Assembly (NCBI GenBank): GCA_963977015.1 | Contig: CAXBMO010000026.1 | Location: 1 to 64,000, forward strand | Direction: 5' to 3' | DNA length: 64,000 nt | Source: an uncultured bacterium | Lineage (GTDB): Bacteria; Verrucomicrobiota; Verrucomicrobiia; Verrucomicrobiales; DEV007 | Part shown: positions 1-9,389 of the stretch, piece by piece | How positions within the stretch are numbered: the first letter of the stretch is position 1 | Layout: every line of letters starts with the position of its first letter | Position numbers and translations under genes: made by a program | The notes under the pieces: model-generated | Databases searched by the model: none | What the model was told of the DNA's origin: nothing | The model's input: the letters and a program-made list of their open reading frames with translations, nothing else

Positions 1-220
1 CTAAACACGCGATGATCCAAAGCTTTTCATTTTGCAGAACTTGACGCACACAACTGGGTAAAGGATCAGCAAGAAACGAGTGCTGAAGAAGGGAAGACAA
101 CCGGTCCCTTTCCGCTGCGCCGCAATCGCCGTCCGCCGGTTCACGAATCGCTGTTTCGCGGTCGTGGCTCCGGTAACCACTTTGCATCGCGTTCACAAAA
201 TCTTGAACCCCGGGACTCAT
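1..220 (-). CDS. Possible 5' end of a hypothetical gene running off the left edge
   Basis: ATG at 220 (minus) opens a frame MSPGVQDFVN...IIACL with no stop before position 1; it is preceded by the AT-rich 221-350 region. No recognisable motif. Confidence 0.3.
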   Translation of the reverse strand, partial: MSPGVQDFVNAMQSGYRSHDRETAIREPADGDCGAAERDRLSSLLQHSFLADPLPSCVRQVLQNEKLWIIACL

Positions 221-350
221 TGTATTGGTTATTCTTTTTTTTGAGTGTTTTGTTTTAATGTGGTAATATTTAAAACGGTCTTTCTGCGGTGGGTATTATG
301 ATAAATTAAGGTATTTGCTTAACTTTTCTAAAGTAAATAAATCACCTTGT
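221..350. promoter_or_regulatory. AT-rich divergent intergenic/promoter region
   Basis: Strongly AT-rich stretch in a GC-rich background, between two divergent starts. Confidence 0.4.
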
Positions 351-427
351 AGGATGGATCGCCGATTCGTCACCGAGCGCCAGTTCGACCGCAGCCTCCC
401 CAAAACCCCTCATCCTATCCTATCCAC

Positions 428-1651
428 GTGAAGCGCCCTGCCCTGATTGTCGCCATCACCCTCCTGGCAACCTTCCCCGCCCAAGCCCGCCTTGGCGATT
501 CCCGGTTGGACCTCACCCAGCGTTACGGCCAGCCCATCTCGGAGCAACCAGATCAACTCTTCGGAAGCCACCTGTTCACCTTCCATCACGAGGGCTGGAC
601 CATTCAGGCCTACCTTCTCAACGGCCGCTGCCAAGCCATCTCCCACACCAACTCAGGCTCCGCACTTTCCACCTACGAACAAATCGAGAACCTGAAAGCA
701 CAGAATTCCCAAGGGCAGGCCTGGTATCAGGCCGGGCAAAAGATGGCAAGCGCGACCAATAACTGGGCCGTCATCAGCCAGATCCACTACCCGCGGGCCG
801 ACCACCAAGCCTATCTCCTGCGCATGAAAAATGGCGTATTCTTCAAATCCGCACACTGGAAGCAACTCGAGCAAAAGCTCATGCCTTCGCCGTCGGCGCG
901 ACCAAGCGCCGCATCGCCAACCGGGCAAACCTCGAAAACACCATCTCGAACAACAGCTCCTTCGGCCAACACATCTGGACCCGGCAGCGCCTTCTTCTTG
1001 GTTATACTACTAACTCCGATGGTGATCGGCGCCATCACCGTGATAGGACGAGAAATCCGTCGCTCACCGAGAGTGAAGGGATGGATCGGAGAAAAAAGCA
1101 CTGACTGGTTCGTTCTCAAACTCCTTCCCTCAAAGGAATATCGAATCTTCAATAATGTCTTCCTTCCTCGCCCGGATAAGGCCGGGTCCACAGAAATCGA
1201 CCACATCGTCCTCTCCCCCTACGGCATCTTCGTCATCGAAACCAAGAACCTTGGCGGATGGATTCATGGAAGCGAGAATGACGAAAATTGGACCCTCACC
1301 TTTCCCGGCAAAAAGCACGCGATCCAAAACCCCCTGCGTCAAAACCATCTTCATGTGCAAGCACTTAAATCCTTCCTTGCACTGCCCGATTCCACCTTCC
1401 ACTCGATCATCAATCTCTGTGGCCGTGCAACGTTCAAGACCGAAAAGCCGCGCAACGTCGTCGACACTTTATTCCTGAGCAGAACGATAAAGTCCTACCA
1501 AACCGTCATCCTGAATCCGGAAGCTTTGGAGCGCGCCACGCATCGCCTCGAAGCCTGGATCCCGTCTCGGGAAATGAAACGCCTCAAACGCGGGCACATC
1601 CCGTTCCTTCGATCGCACCACGGTGGTGGCGTGGTGGCAACGCGGTCATGA
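428..1651 (+). CDS. NERD (nuclease-related domain) protein with signal peptide, extracytoplasmic N-terminal domain and TM helix
   Basis: Signal peptide MKRPALIVAITLLATFPAQA; TM AFFLVILLTPMVIGAITVI; NERD motifs KGWIGE, TEIDHIVLSPYGIFVIETKN, QNPLRQN. Confidence 0.85.
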   Translation: MKRPALIVAITLLATFPAQARLGDSRLDLTQRYGQPISEQPDQLFGSHLFTFHHEGWTIQAYLLNGRCQAISHTNSGSALSTYEQIENLKAQNSQGQAWYQAGQKMASATNNWAVISQIHYPRADHQAYLLRMKNGVFFKSAHWKQLEQKLMPSPSARPSAASPTGQTSKTPSRTTAPSANTSGPGSAFFLVILLTPMVIGAITVIGREIRRSPRVKGWIGEKSTDWFVLKLLPSKEYRIFNNVFLPRPDKAGSTEIDHIVLSPYGIFVIETKNLGGWIHGSENDENWTLTFPGKKHAIQNPLRQNHLHVQALKSFLALPDSTFHSIINLCGRATFKTEKPRNVVDTLFLSRTIKSYQTVILNPEALERATHRLEAWIPSREMKRLKRGHIPFLRSHHGGGVVATRS

Positions 1652-1664
1652 GGTCTACGGTAAT

Positions 1665-1720
1665 TTGGACTGCTGCAGCCTGTTGCCGCTTTTATTTAAG
1701 GCAGCCATGCTGCCGGCGGT
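1665..1720. repeat. Possible REP-like palindromic element
   Basis: TTTGGACTGCTGCAGCCTGTTGCCGCTTT..GGCAGCCATGCTGCC resembles GGCAGC-N3-GCTGCC intergenic palindromes common in PVC bacteria; only one clear copy here. Confidence 0.25.
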
Positions 1721-1769
1721 GCGGATTTGAGCTTGCCTGTTCGGAACAGGTTGCTTACTCTTTGGCGTT

Positions 1770-2003
1770 ATGGATTGGCAAGCGTTTCTAAATAATATTC
1801 TCATTCTCTTTGGCTATGGGATCTCGGCAGCCCTGATGCTGTCCCTCGCCCTTGGAATACTCATCAAGATTTGGGATAAGATCTCACCGATCAATGAATG
1901 GGAAGAGTTGAAGAAGGGCAATGTTGCCGTCGCCATCGTCACTTCCGCAGTCTTCCTCTCCTTGGCAATTGTCGTGGCAGCAGCAATTATTCCGGGGAAT
2001 TAG
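1770..2003 (+). CDS. DUF350 family small membrane protein
   Basis: Two hydrophobic helices flanking WEELKKGNVAVAI. Confidence 0.8.
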   Translation: MDWQAFLNNILILFGYGISAALMLSLALGILIKIWDKISPINEWEELKKGNVAVAIVTSAVFLSLAIVVAAAIIPGN

Positions 2004-2024
2004 AGTGCTTTTAAATTCAGCGGA

Positions 2025-3059
2025 TTACGGCTGATCGGGATTGCAGGTCCCGCAGTTTTTAATTCCTTCACCCAACGCAGAAAAATGGCCTCCGGCGCGA
2101 TTGCGATGGTGGCAATCGATTCGGTGGAGCGTTCCGTTGTGGTTGAGCCATAACGTGTCGCCCACCACGGTGGGCCGTTGGTGGAGATCAACGGTGACGT
2201 GATGGAACGGAGACGTAATCCGTGGATTCGGGATCGGGCTACGCCAAAGCTCCTTCTCAACCGGCAGGAATCGGGGGCTGAGGATGCGGGTTTTGCGGGC
2301 GGCAGGGCGACCGATGCGGTAATCCCAGGGAGGTTGAGCCGTTTCTGACCCACCCCACAGCCCTTCCTTCTCTCTTTTCGCCTTTTTAAAGGCCTCCTCA
2401 TACTCCTCGTTGACCCAATAATCTGGCGAGTGCCACGCCAATCCCTCCTCAATCAATTGCAGGTTCACGTTCTCTCCTTGAGCATCAAAAACCGTTCCCG
2501 TAATCCGCTTAAAGCTGTTGCCCACCCGGTAGACCGTCACCCTTTGGCCCTGTACCAACTCCCCCAAACGCTGTTTCGCCCTCGCGCAAAAAGGTTGGGC
2601 CTTCTCCGGTGCATCAATCCCGTGGAGCCGAATCCGAAGCATCCGCTTTGCATCGGTCACCAGCATCAACGTGTCCCCGTCCTCAATTCCGATCACCTTC
2701 CCCTTGATGATTCCCGATTGATACTCCGAAATAATTTCCAAGTCCCGGTCACTCATCCGGGATCTCGGCACCACGATCTCCTCGGAAGTGGCGAGGTTCA
2801 ACAACGTATACTTGCCTTCTCCTTCTTCAGCAGGTGCCGCCTTCTCATCATCCGTGTCTTTCTCTTCCGTCACCTTGATGATGACTCCATAAAAAACGTC
2901 TCGCCATTTCAGATCCCAATCGCGCTTCAGGCGGCTGAGATTCTCATGTGCATTGGGTTTATGGGGCGGATTTTTGGGCTTGGCAGGCTCTGCCGCACCG
3001 TGCGAAAGGGAAACTCCCAAAAGAAGAGCGGCAACCAAGCCAACCAGAAAACGCTTCAT
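2025..3059 (-). CDS. Secreted thermonuclease (SNase) family protein
   Basis: Signal peptide; IEDGDTL, RIRLHGIDAPEKAQPF, NVNLQLIEEGLAW, AKREKEGLW, PPWDYR; C-terminal HRIDC..CGTC. Confidence 0.85.
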   Translation of the reverse strand: MKRFLVGLVAALLLGVSLSHGAAEPAKPKNPPHKPNAHENLSRLKRDWDLKWRDVFYGVIIKVTEEKDTDDEKAAPAEEGEGKYTLLNLATSEEIVVPRSRMSDRDLEIISEYQSGIIKGKVIGIEDGDTLMLVTDAKRMLRIRLHGIDAPEKAQPFCARAKQRLGELVQGQRVTVYRVGNSFKRITGTVFDAQGENVNLQLIEEGLAWHSPDYWVNEEYEEAFKKAKREKEGLWGGSETAQPPWDYRIGRPAARKTRILSPRFLPVEKELWRSPIPNPRITSPFHHVTVDLHQRPTVVGDTLWLNHNGTLHRIDCHHRNRAGGHFSALGEGIKNCGTCNPDQP

Positions 3060-3195
3060 GTCGTTTACCCACGATCAAATTGCTGCAAACTCAACCAAAA
3101 CCAAACATTGGCGCCCCAATCGCCCGGATTAGGAGCGATTGCCCGGGGCACCGCTTCCCAAACCTCAAACGCAATCCGAAAGTCGATTCCCGCAA

Positions 3196-3843
3196 TCACC
3201 GAATCTCCAGAATCTTGTGAACCGGTCTCCGAAGCTTCCCGGGCCGCGGCGTCGCGGCAGGGTGGCCGATGGTGATGAGCATGACGGGGACGAGTTGGTC
3301 GCCGAGGTTGAATTCCTCAGCTACGCCGTCGGCGTCGAATCCGCTGAGGGCGCCGGAGGCGAGGCCGCGATCCTGGGCGGCGAGCATGAGAAGCATCGCG
3401 GCGAGGGAGGCGGAGCGGAAGGCTTCGTCGCGGCGCAGTTGCGGGTTGTCGCGGTGGAGGTCGCCGACCATGGCGGCCCATTGCTCCTGCACGGAGGGTG
3501 GGAGGAGCCCGGCGTCGACCGAAGGTTGGAGGGTGCGGGTGAGTTCGCGGTAACCATCGAGCTGGCCGCAGACAATGAAGGTGACGGCTGCTTCCCGCAC
3601 CTGCTCCTGGCCGTAAGCCAGATCGCAGAGCCGCGCTTTGGCCTCTGGCGAGCGTACCGCGATGAAGCGCCAGTTCTGGAGGTTGAAGGCGGAGGGCGCG
3701 CGGGTGGCGAGCCGGAGCAGGTCGTGGATGGTGTCTTCATCAACGGTTCTGCCGGGATCGAAATGCCCGGCGGTGGCCCGGTTCTCGATGAGGGTTCGGA
3801 AGGAGTGGGAGGCGATCATCCGGTCTTGCAGGTGAGGTTTCAT
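3196..3843 (-). CDS. Nitroreductase family protein
   Basis: RAPSAFNLQNWRF, LMLAAQDRGLASG..GFD, PVMLITIG. Confidence 0.9.
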   Translation of the reverse strand: MKPHLQDRMIASHSFRTLIENRATAGHFDPGRTVDEDTIHDLLRLATRAPSAFNLQNWRFIAVRSPEAKARLCDLAYGQEQVREAAVTFIVCGQLDGYRELTRTLQPSVDAGLLPPSVQEQWAAMVGDLHRDNPQLRRDEAFRSASLAAMLLMLAAQDRGLASGALSGFDADGVAEEFNLGDQLVPVMLITIGHPAATPRPGKLRRPVHKILEIR

Positions 3844-3844
3844 G

Positions 3845-4759
3845 TCAGGCTATGGTGGGGGAGCTAAGCTGGAATTCGAGGAGTTGGGGAGCCGTGGTGT
3901 TCCAACGGGTTTGGAACGATTCGTTGCGGTCAGGTTCAGCGTCGAACACCCGGACGGGGACGCGCACGACAAGCGGGTCGGGACGGAAAGGGTAGGGATC
4001 GAGCACGACGCGGTTCTCGCCATCGGGGCGCACTTCGATGGTGACACGGTCTTCCCAACTGGTTTGCGGAACTTCGCGAAGTTCAAACGTGTCGTGCCCG
4101 AGGCCGCGCGCCTCGCCGGATCGCGCCGGAATGAGGGAAGAGGTGAGGCCGAGCGAGAGCCCGTCGAGAATCTGCAGCATCCGCACGTGCGGGCTCAGCG
4201 TCTCCGGCTCGATCCAGTCGCGCGTTTCCGGATTCGCGGCGAGCCGGTCCTTCCAGCGGGATTGAAGGCGCTCCAACTCATCGATGAAGCCGGCGAGTCG
4301 CGTTGCGCTGCCGGGGAGCAACTGTTGGGGGCGTTTCTTCCAGAACAGGGGATGAATCTCCGCTTCCTCCATTCCATTCCGCTGACCATATTTGTAGAGC
4401 AGGCGCGGATGCTCGCTGATCAGGAGATTGGCAAAGTCGGCGTTGGGGAAGCGTCGCAGCCCGATCCGCCAGCGGTTCATCCCGTCCTCCTGGTCGCGCA
4501 CCATCTCGGAGAGGTCGTTGGGAAGGCTGTCGGACGCGGAGAGCTTCGGTTCCGCCTCCCACTCGATCCAGCCGTTGTCGTGTTGCGCGATTGCGAAAAT
4601 GGCCTGGGAACGGAGTTGCGAGGGATTCGCGACCGGCGTGTAGTCGCCGAGTTGACGGAATTCGGCGTTGCCCCAGTGCGCGGCGAGCGTTCCGGCGAGT
4701 TGACTGTGATCCGGCTGGGTTACCAGCCACGATTGATGGTCTTTTTTGGTTTTCAGCAT
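3845..4759 (-). CDS. DUF3891 family protein
   Basis: LVTQPDHSQLAGTLAAHWGN...AIAQHDNGW, C-terminal LDPYPF. Confidence 0.75.
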   Translation of the reverse strand: MLKTKKDHQSWLVTQPDHSQLAGTLAAHWGNAEFRQLGDYTPVANPSQLRSQAIFAIAQHDNGWIEWEAEPKLSASDSLPNDLSEMVRDQEDGMNRWRIGLRRFPNADFANLLISEHPRLLYKYGQRNGMEEAEIHPLFWKKRPQQLLPGSATRLAGFIDELERLQSRWKDRLAANPETRDWIEPETLSPHVRMLQILDGLSLGLTSSLIPARSGEARGLGHDTFELREVPQTSWEDRVTIEVRPDGENRVVLDPYPFRPDPLVVRVPVRVFDAEPDRNESFQTRWNTTAPQLLEFQLSSPTIA

Positions 4760-4899
4760 TGCTTTATGGGTGAAGGTTAGCGTTTCAGTCGCCAGACGTT
4801 CTGGATGGTGTTGGCGACGTGGGGACGGTGCCTCCCCGTTCCACTCCCGGCCAATACGGCGATGTTGCCAGCGTTATACGGTTTGCGTATAGTCCACTC

Positions 4900-5796
4900 A
4901 TGCTCGACCGCATTCGCACCATCCTCACCATCATGGAAGAAGGCAGCCTGAACCGCGCCGCGACCCGGCTCGGCGTATCGCAACCAACCCTGACTCGGCA
5001 GATCCACGCCTTTGAGGCGGAAGCCGGCGCGCCCTTGTTCGAGCGCGGATCGTGGGGGGTGCGACCGACGGACCTGGCCTACCGGTTGCGCGAGGAAATG
5101 GCGCCCGTGCTGAAGGCTTACGACCTGGCCTGGGCCGAGATTACCGCGCACGCCAGCGGTCGCCAGAGCCAGCTGCGGATCGGATATTTGGGATTGGCTG
5201 CGGGACGGTATCTGACACCGGTGTTGGGAAAATTTCAGGAGGCGCATCCCGGGGTGAAACTCTGGTTGTTCGACCAAACGCCGAGCGAGCAGCTTCAGGC
5301 GTTGCGGGCCGGCGATCTCGACCTCGCCCTGATTGGGCAGGAAGGCGCCTCGCTCGCCGACGACGAGTTTTATCTGCAGCGAATCGCGCGGGTCGGTGTA
5401 TTGGCAGCGCTTCCCTCGAACCACGCCCTCGCGGGCAACGATGCCATTACGTTGGCCGAACTTCGCGGGGAGGGATTTCTCGTCCCGTCGGAGGAAACGG
5501 TTCCCGGACGCAAAAAGTGGGTCGCGAGTCTCTGCCGGGAAGCCGGATTTCGCCCGCGTTGGCTCGGCCGGACTGACAGCGTCGCCGAGACCTTTGCCCG
5601 GATTGCCGGCGAACGCGGCGTCAGCCTCCTGCCCGATTACCTGGAAGGCGCGCCGCCACCCGGCATCGCGCTCGTTCGGTTGTCCGACCGGTTCGCGACC
5701 TGGGACTTCATCCTGCTGCGTCAGCGTGGCCGGATCACGTCTGCCTGCCGCGATCTCGTCCGATTTATTCGAGAGGCGAACGCCCGGTCGTCGTGA
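4900..5796 (+). CDS. LysR family transcriptional regulator
   Basis: EEGSLNRAATRLGVSQPTLTRQI..LFER HTH; ATG at 4900 preferred; divergent from the DUF3891-nitroreductase genes. Confidence 0.92.
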   Translation: MLDRIRTILTIMEEGSLNRAATRLGVSQPTLTRQIHAFEAEAGAPLFERGSWGVRPTDLAYRLREEMAPVLKAYDLAWAEITAHASGRQSQLRIGYLGLAAGRYLTPVLGKFQEAHPGVKLWLFDQTPSEQLQALRAGDLDLALIGQEGASLADDEFYLQRIARVGVLAALPSNHALAGNDAITLAELRGEGFLVPSEETVPGRKKWVASLCREAGFRPRWLGRTDSVAETFARIAGERGVSLLPDYLEGAPPPGIALVRLSDRFATWDFILLRQRGRITSACRDLVRFIREANARSS

Positions 5797-5870
5797 AGAA
5801 AGTTTTCACGCGTCGCCTCTTGCCAAGGCTTCGGAAGTTCGGTAGGGGCCTCGAAACGTTTTTTACGAAC

Positions 5871-6110
5871 ATGCCCTACGTCAACCTGCAGATCACCCAA
5901 GGCGCGACCCGGAAACAGAAGGAAGACCTGGTTTCAGACATCACGGATTCCCTGGTTCAACGGCTCGGCAAACGTCCCGAACACATCCACATCGTCATCC
6001 AGGAGATTGCGGAAGAAAACTGGGGTTTTGCCGGGATGCTGACCGATGACTATCGGCGGCAGGCGCAAGTCGGCACCGGGGCGGAATCTCAAGAAGAAAC
6101 GGACGCATGA
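5871..6110 (+). CDS. 4-oxalocrotonate tautomerase family protein
   Basis: M-P-YVNLQIT start gives the catalytic Pro1; HIVIQEIAEENWGFAG. Confidence 0.88.
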   Translation: MPYVNLQITQGATRKQKEDLVSDITDSLVQRLGKRPEHIHIVIQEIAEENWGFAGMLTDDYRRQAQVGTGAESQEETDA

Positions 6111-6850
6111 AAACACTCGTCGTGGGAGCAACCGGAGCCACGGGACGGCTCATCGTGGAAGATCTGCTCGGTCGCGGCCAGGAAGTCGTCGCCGTGGTTC
6201 GATCGCCCGAAAAGCTACCCGAACACCTGAGAAGCCACGCTGGATTGACGATCGTCACCGGATCCATCCTCGAACTTGGCGACGGGGAAATCGCCGAACA
6301 CCTGGCGGGCTGCGACGCCGTCGCCAGTTGCCTGGGCCACTCGCTGAACTTTGCCGGGCTCTTTGGCAATCCAAGAAGGCTGGTTAGGGATACCGCGCGC
6401 CGGTTGTGCGAGGCGGCGCAACGCAAGCAGGGGAACGCGCCGGGCTCGCCGGTCAAATTCGTCCTCATGAACACCGCCGGCAACAGCAATCGCGATCTCA
6501 ACGAGCCGATCTCGCTGGGGCAGAAATGCATCATCGGCCTGCTGCGCGCCCTCCTTCCGCCCCATTCCGACAACGAAGACGCCGCCGACTACCTGCGCAC
6601 CACCTTTGGGCCGGAGAACCCCGCCATCGAATGGGTCGTGGTGCGACCGGACAGCCTGACCAACGAACCTGACGTCACTCCCTACCAGCTTCACCTCTCC
6701 CCAACGCGCAGCGCCATCTTCGACCCCGGTCAAACCAGCCGCATCAACGTCGCCCATTTCATGGCTGAACTACTGACCAACGGCGAAGCCTGGGAAACTT
6801 GGAAGGGACAGATGCCGGTCATCTACAACACTGAGGAGTCGGCCGAGTAG
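6107..6850 (+). CDS. NAD(P)-binding atypical SDR (flavin reductase/BVR-B-like)
   Basis: VVGATGATG Rossmann motif, VRSPEKL, WVVVRPDSL, SRINVAHFM; ATGA overlap with the upstream gene. Confidence 0.85.
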   Translation: MKTLVVGATGATGRLIVEDLLGRGQEVVAVVRSPEKLPEHLRSHAGLTIVTGSILELGDGEIAEHLAGCDAVASCLGHSLNFAGLFGNPRRLVRDTARRLCEAAQRKQGNAPGSPVKFVLMNTAGNSNRDLNEPISLGQKCIIGLLRALLPPHSDNEDAADYLRTTFGPENPAIEWVVVRPDSLTNEPDVTPYQLHLSPTRSAIFDPGQTSRINVAHFMAELLTNGEAWETWKGQMPVIYNTEESAE

Positions 6851-7254
6851 GTTTTGGGCGGAGGTGTGGAAGACGCGTATTGGAGAATGGATCGCCGATT
6901 CCTGAACCTTCTGCGGAATCATTGGGCAGAGGTGAAATGCTTCATCCGCGTTGGTGAAAAACTGTATCCCTGCTACTCTTAAACCCAGACGTGACAAGCA
7001 TCCACCGCTGCTCAATTTAGCGTTCACTTCCCATCCTTTACTATTCGAATTTCGGGGACTTGACTTCTATAACGGCAGAGGGGTAAATGATAAGCAAGAG
7101 TGTTTACCCGTCTTTGTAGCAATAGGTTGCAAAGTCCTCAATCACCTATTAATCAATAAATCAGGTTCTCCGGTTCATCAGGAGTTTTAAGTAAATGATT
7201 AAGGGCAAATTCCCTTTTTCTCTGTGAATTCCCAAAGCCACAACTAGCGATTTC

Positions 7255-8454
7255 ATGGCCACACTGCTTTATCTCCACGGTATCAACGTTCGCGATGCCG
7301 TCTCACAGCTTACCGAAAAAGACGTTGCTCAAAAGTTATTGGGACATAGTCTTGTAACTATTCCGTGGGGAGTCGACACAAATGTCCGACTTCACGGAGG
7401 TGGGCTCTCCATTCCAGTAGCCCGAAAGTTCGCTCAGCCCACTAATCCTTGGCATCATATAGAAACACAGCCACTTCACGCGCTTCAAATTTTAATGATT
7501 CGACACATCGGGTCGGAGCTACATTCCGGTTCTCCGATGGCCAAAGACTTTCGACAGGAGTTGCTCAGCTGCTTAAGTCAGTTGCGAGATAAGGCCTCAG
7601 CCGCCGTTAATTCCGATTCCAGCTTTGAAGTGTTTACCGAAACGGCGGCTGGTTTGGAACTCAACTATTACATTCCTTCTGCCATTGATTGGCTGCTCTC
7701 CTGCGATTTGGACTCCAATCTTGTAGCCGTGCAATCTTCCAATGTACAAGAATACCGTGATGCTTTGGCGCGGGCGATCTTCTTTAGAGCTCGTCAGTTA
7801 CACCTCTACGAGAAATCTACATCTTCCTTCACTCAATCCGATTACGAGGTGGCCCTCGACGCTCTAGCGGAAGCCCTCCGTGGAACTGACCGGTTTCTGG
7901 GTGGTGTGAAGAGATTCTGGGACTCTGCATCAGGCTTGATTACAGGCATGGTTCGAAATCATTTCACAGAACTTGCCATTCCCGCAGTCGGTGACGTGCT
8001 CTTTTACCAAGCCCATTACCCGAATTTGCACCTCAGGATTCAAGACGTTCTGGATCAAGCTGGCAATCAACCGGTCATCATGATTGGCCATAGCCTCGGC
8101 GGCGTAGCCCTTTTTGATTTCCTTTGCCGAAATCCCTGTGATAACCAAGTTCACGGCCTGGTCACGTTCGGTTCTCAGGCACCGTTCTTCTACGAAATGA
8201 ACGTATTTGCGGATGGTGGTCTGCCTTTCGATCCAGAATCCAAAACTGCCGATCGATTGCCGCCACATTTTCCGGCGAAGTGGCTGAATATTTACGATCC
8301 GTTGGACTGGCTTTCGTTCATTGGCCGCCCGCTATTCGGCAATAGAGTAACGGATATAGAGATCGATACAAAATCGCGCAACCCGCTCGAAGCGCACGGG
8401 GCCTACAACCAAACTGCCGATTTCTGGAAGCACCTCCAAACCTTTCTCGCATGA
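7255..8454 (+). CDS. Alpha/beta-hydrolase (lipase-like) protein
   Basis: LYLHGI oxyanion region, GDVLFYQ, nucleophile elbow IGHSLGG, LVTFGSQ, WLNIYDPLDWLSF, AHGAY (Ser-Asp-His triad). Confidence 0.85.
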   Translation: MATLLYLHGINVRDAVSQLTEKDVAQKLLGHSLVTIPWGVDTNVRLHGGGLSIPVARKFAQPTNPWHHIETQPLHALQILMIRHIGSELHSGSPMAKDFRQELLSCLSQLRDKASAAVNSDSSFEVFTETAAGLELNYYIPSAIDWLLSCDLDSNLVAVQSSNVQEYRDALARAIFFRARQLHLYEKSTSSFTQSDYEVALDALAEALRGTDRFLGGVKRFWDSASGLITGMVRNHFTELAIPAVGDVLFYQAHYPNLHLRIQDVLDQAGNQPVIMIGHSLGGVALFDFLCRNPCDNQVHGLVTFGSQAPFFYEMNVFADGGLPFDPESKTADRLPPHFPAKWLNIYDPLDWLSFIGRPLFGNRVTDIEIDTKSRNPLEAHGAYNQTADFWKHLQTFLA

Positions 8455-9308
8455 GCCTGTCTACCACTCAGCCCCATGATCCCGTGACATTCCCGATCGA
8501 CTCAGGTTCGGTTCTTCTTATCCTCGCAGCGGCAACTTATCGCTATGACATCAATGAGTTGCCCTCCGTGACCAGTGACATTGCTGAAGGGGAAGCGTTC
8601 GCTGATCGCATAGGAATCCCACCTGCGCAACGCCATCTCATTTGCTGGGGAGAACCATCGGTCTGGAGTGGACAGTGCACTGTTGATCCGGACCTTCTAT
8701 TGACGTCTACAACCCTCCGCGATTTGGCTTTTGCTTTAAAGAAAGGCCCGCTTCCAACATCCGTGATTATCATGTGGGGTGGACATGGTTACTACTGCAC
8801 AGCATCGGAACGGGACCAGGTTGCCCTTGTTCATCCAGACAGCCGACTCAGTGAACGATGGGGAATCTATGAGAGTCAACTTCTTCGATGTTTTCAAAGT
8901 ATCTCAGCCCCCCAGCTCTACTTGTTGGATTGTTGCCAACAGATGGATGCCACCGAACTAAAGGACCCCGGCTCAATGATGGACCCGGGCGGAGAACAGG
9001 CGGAAGTACTGCCAGCAGCCACCTTATTTTTCCCTGGAGCCGCAAACTCAAAGAGCACGGGCGGACTGTGGAAAGCCTTCAGCCGTAAGGTATCGGCGCA
9101 TGGATCTTTGAACCTTAGGGAAGTTTATCATCAAATCCGCACGGACCAACAATACCCTCTTCTTCTGAATGTACGTTGGCCTGATGAACGTAGTTGGCTG
9201 AGGAGTTCCTCGTCTTCTCCATCAAACATCGCGAAGCCCCGAGAACTAAGCGAAACTGAAAAATTCTGGGAAGCCCAACGGAAAATCATTCAAGATTGGG
9301 GCGATTGA
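8451..9308 (+). CDS. Caspase-like (peptidase C14) protein
   Basis: His in IIMWGGHG and Cys in LYLLDCC with caspase-like spacing; ATGA overlap with the hydrolase gene. Confidence 0.7.
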   Translation: MSLSTTQPHDPVTFPIDSGSVLLILAAATYRYDINELPSVTSDIAEGEAFADRIGIPPAQRHLICWGEPSVWSGQCTVDPDLLLTSTTLRDLAFALKKGPLPTSVIIMWGGHGYYCTASERDQVALVHPDSRLSERWGIYESQLLRCFQSISAPQLYLLDCCQQMDATELKDPGSMMDPGGEQAEVLPAATLFFPGAANSKSTGGLWKAFSRKVSAHGSLNLREVYHQIRTDQQYPLLLNVRWPDERSWLRSSSSSPSNIAKPRELSETEKFWEAQRKIIQDWGD

Positions 9309-9389
9309 ATGCTCTTTACCAAACTTGGTTAGGATTTTTCGGATAGATGACAGTGTGAGCTCGGCAAGGGTTTAACCATTGGACTTGAG

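Noticed and set aside
354-6901. 15-bp exact match ATGGATCGCCGATTC at 354-368 and 6887-6901 as att sites
   Set aside because: A 15-mer match is expected by chance about once or twice in 64 kb; the enclosed genes have host-like GC and there is no integrase.
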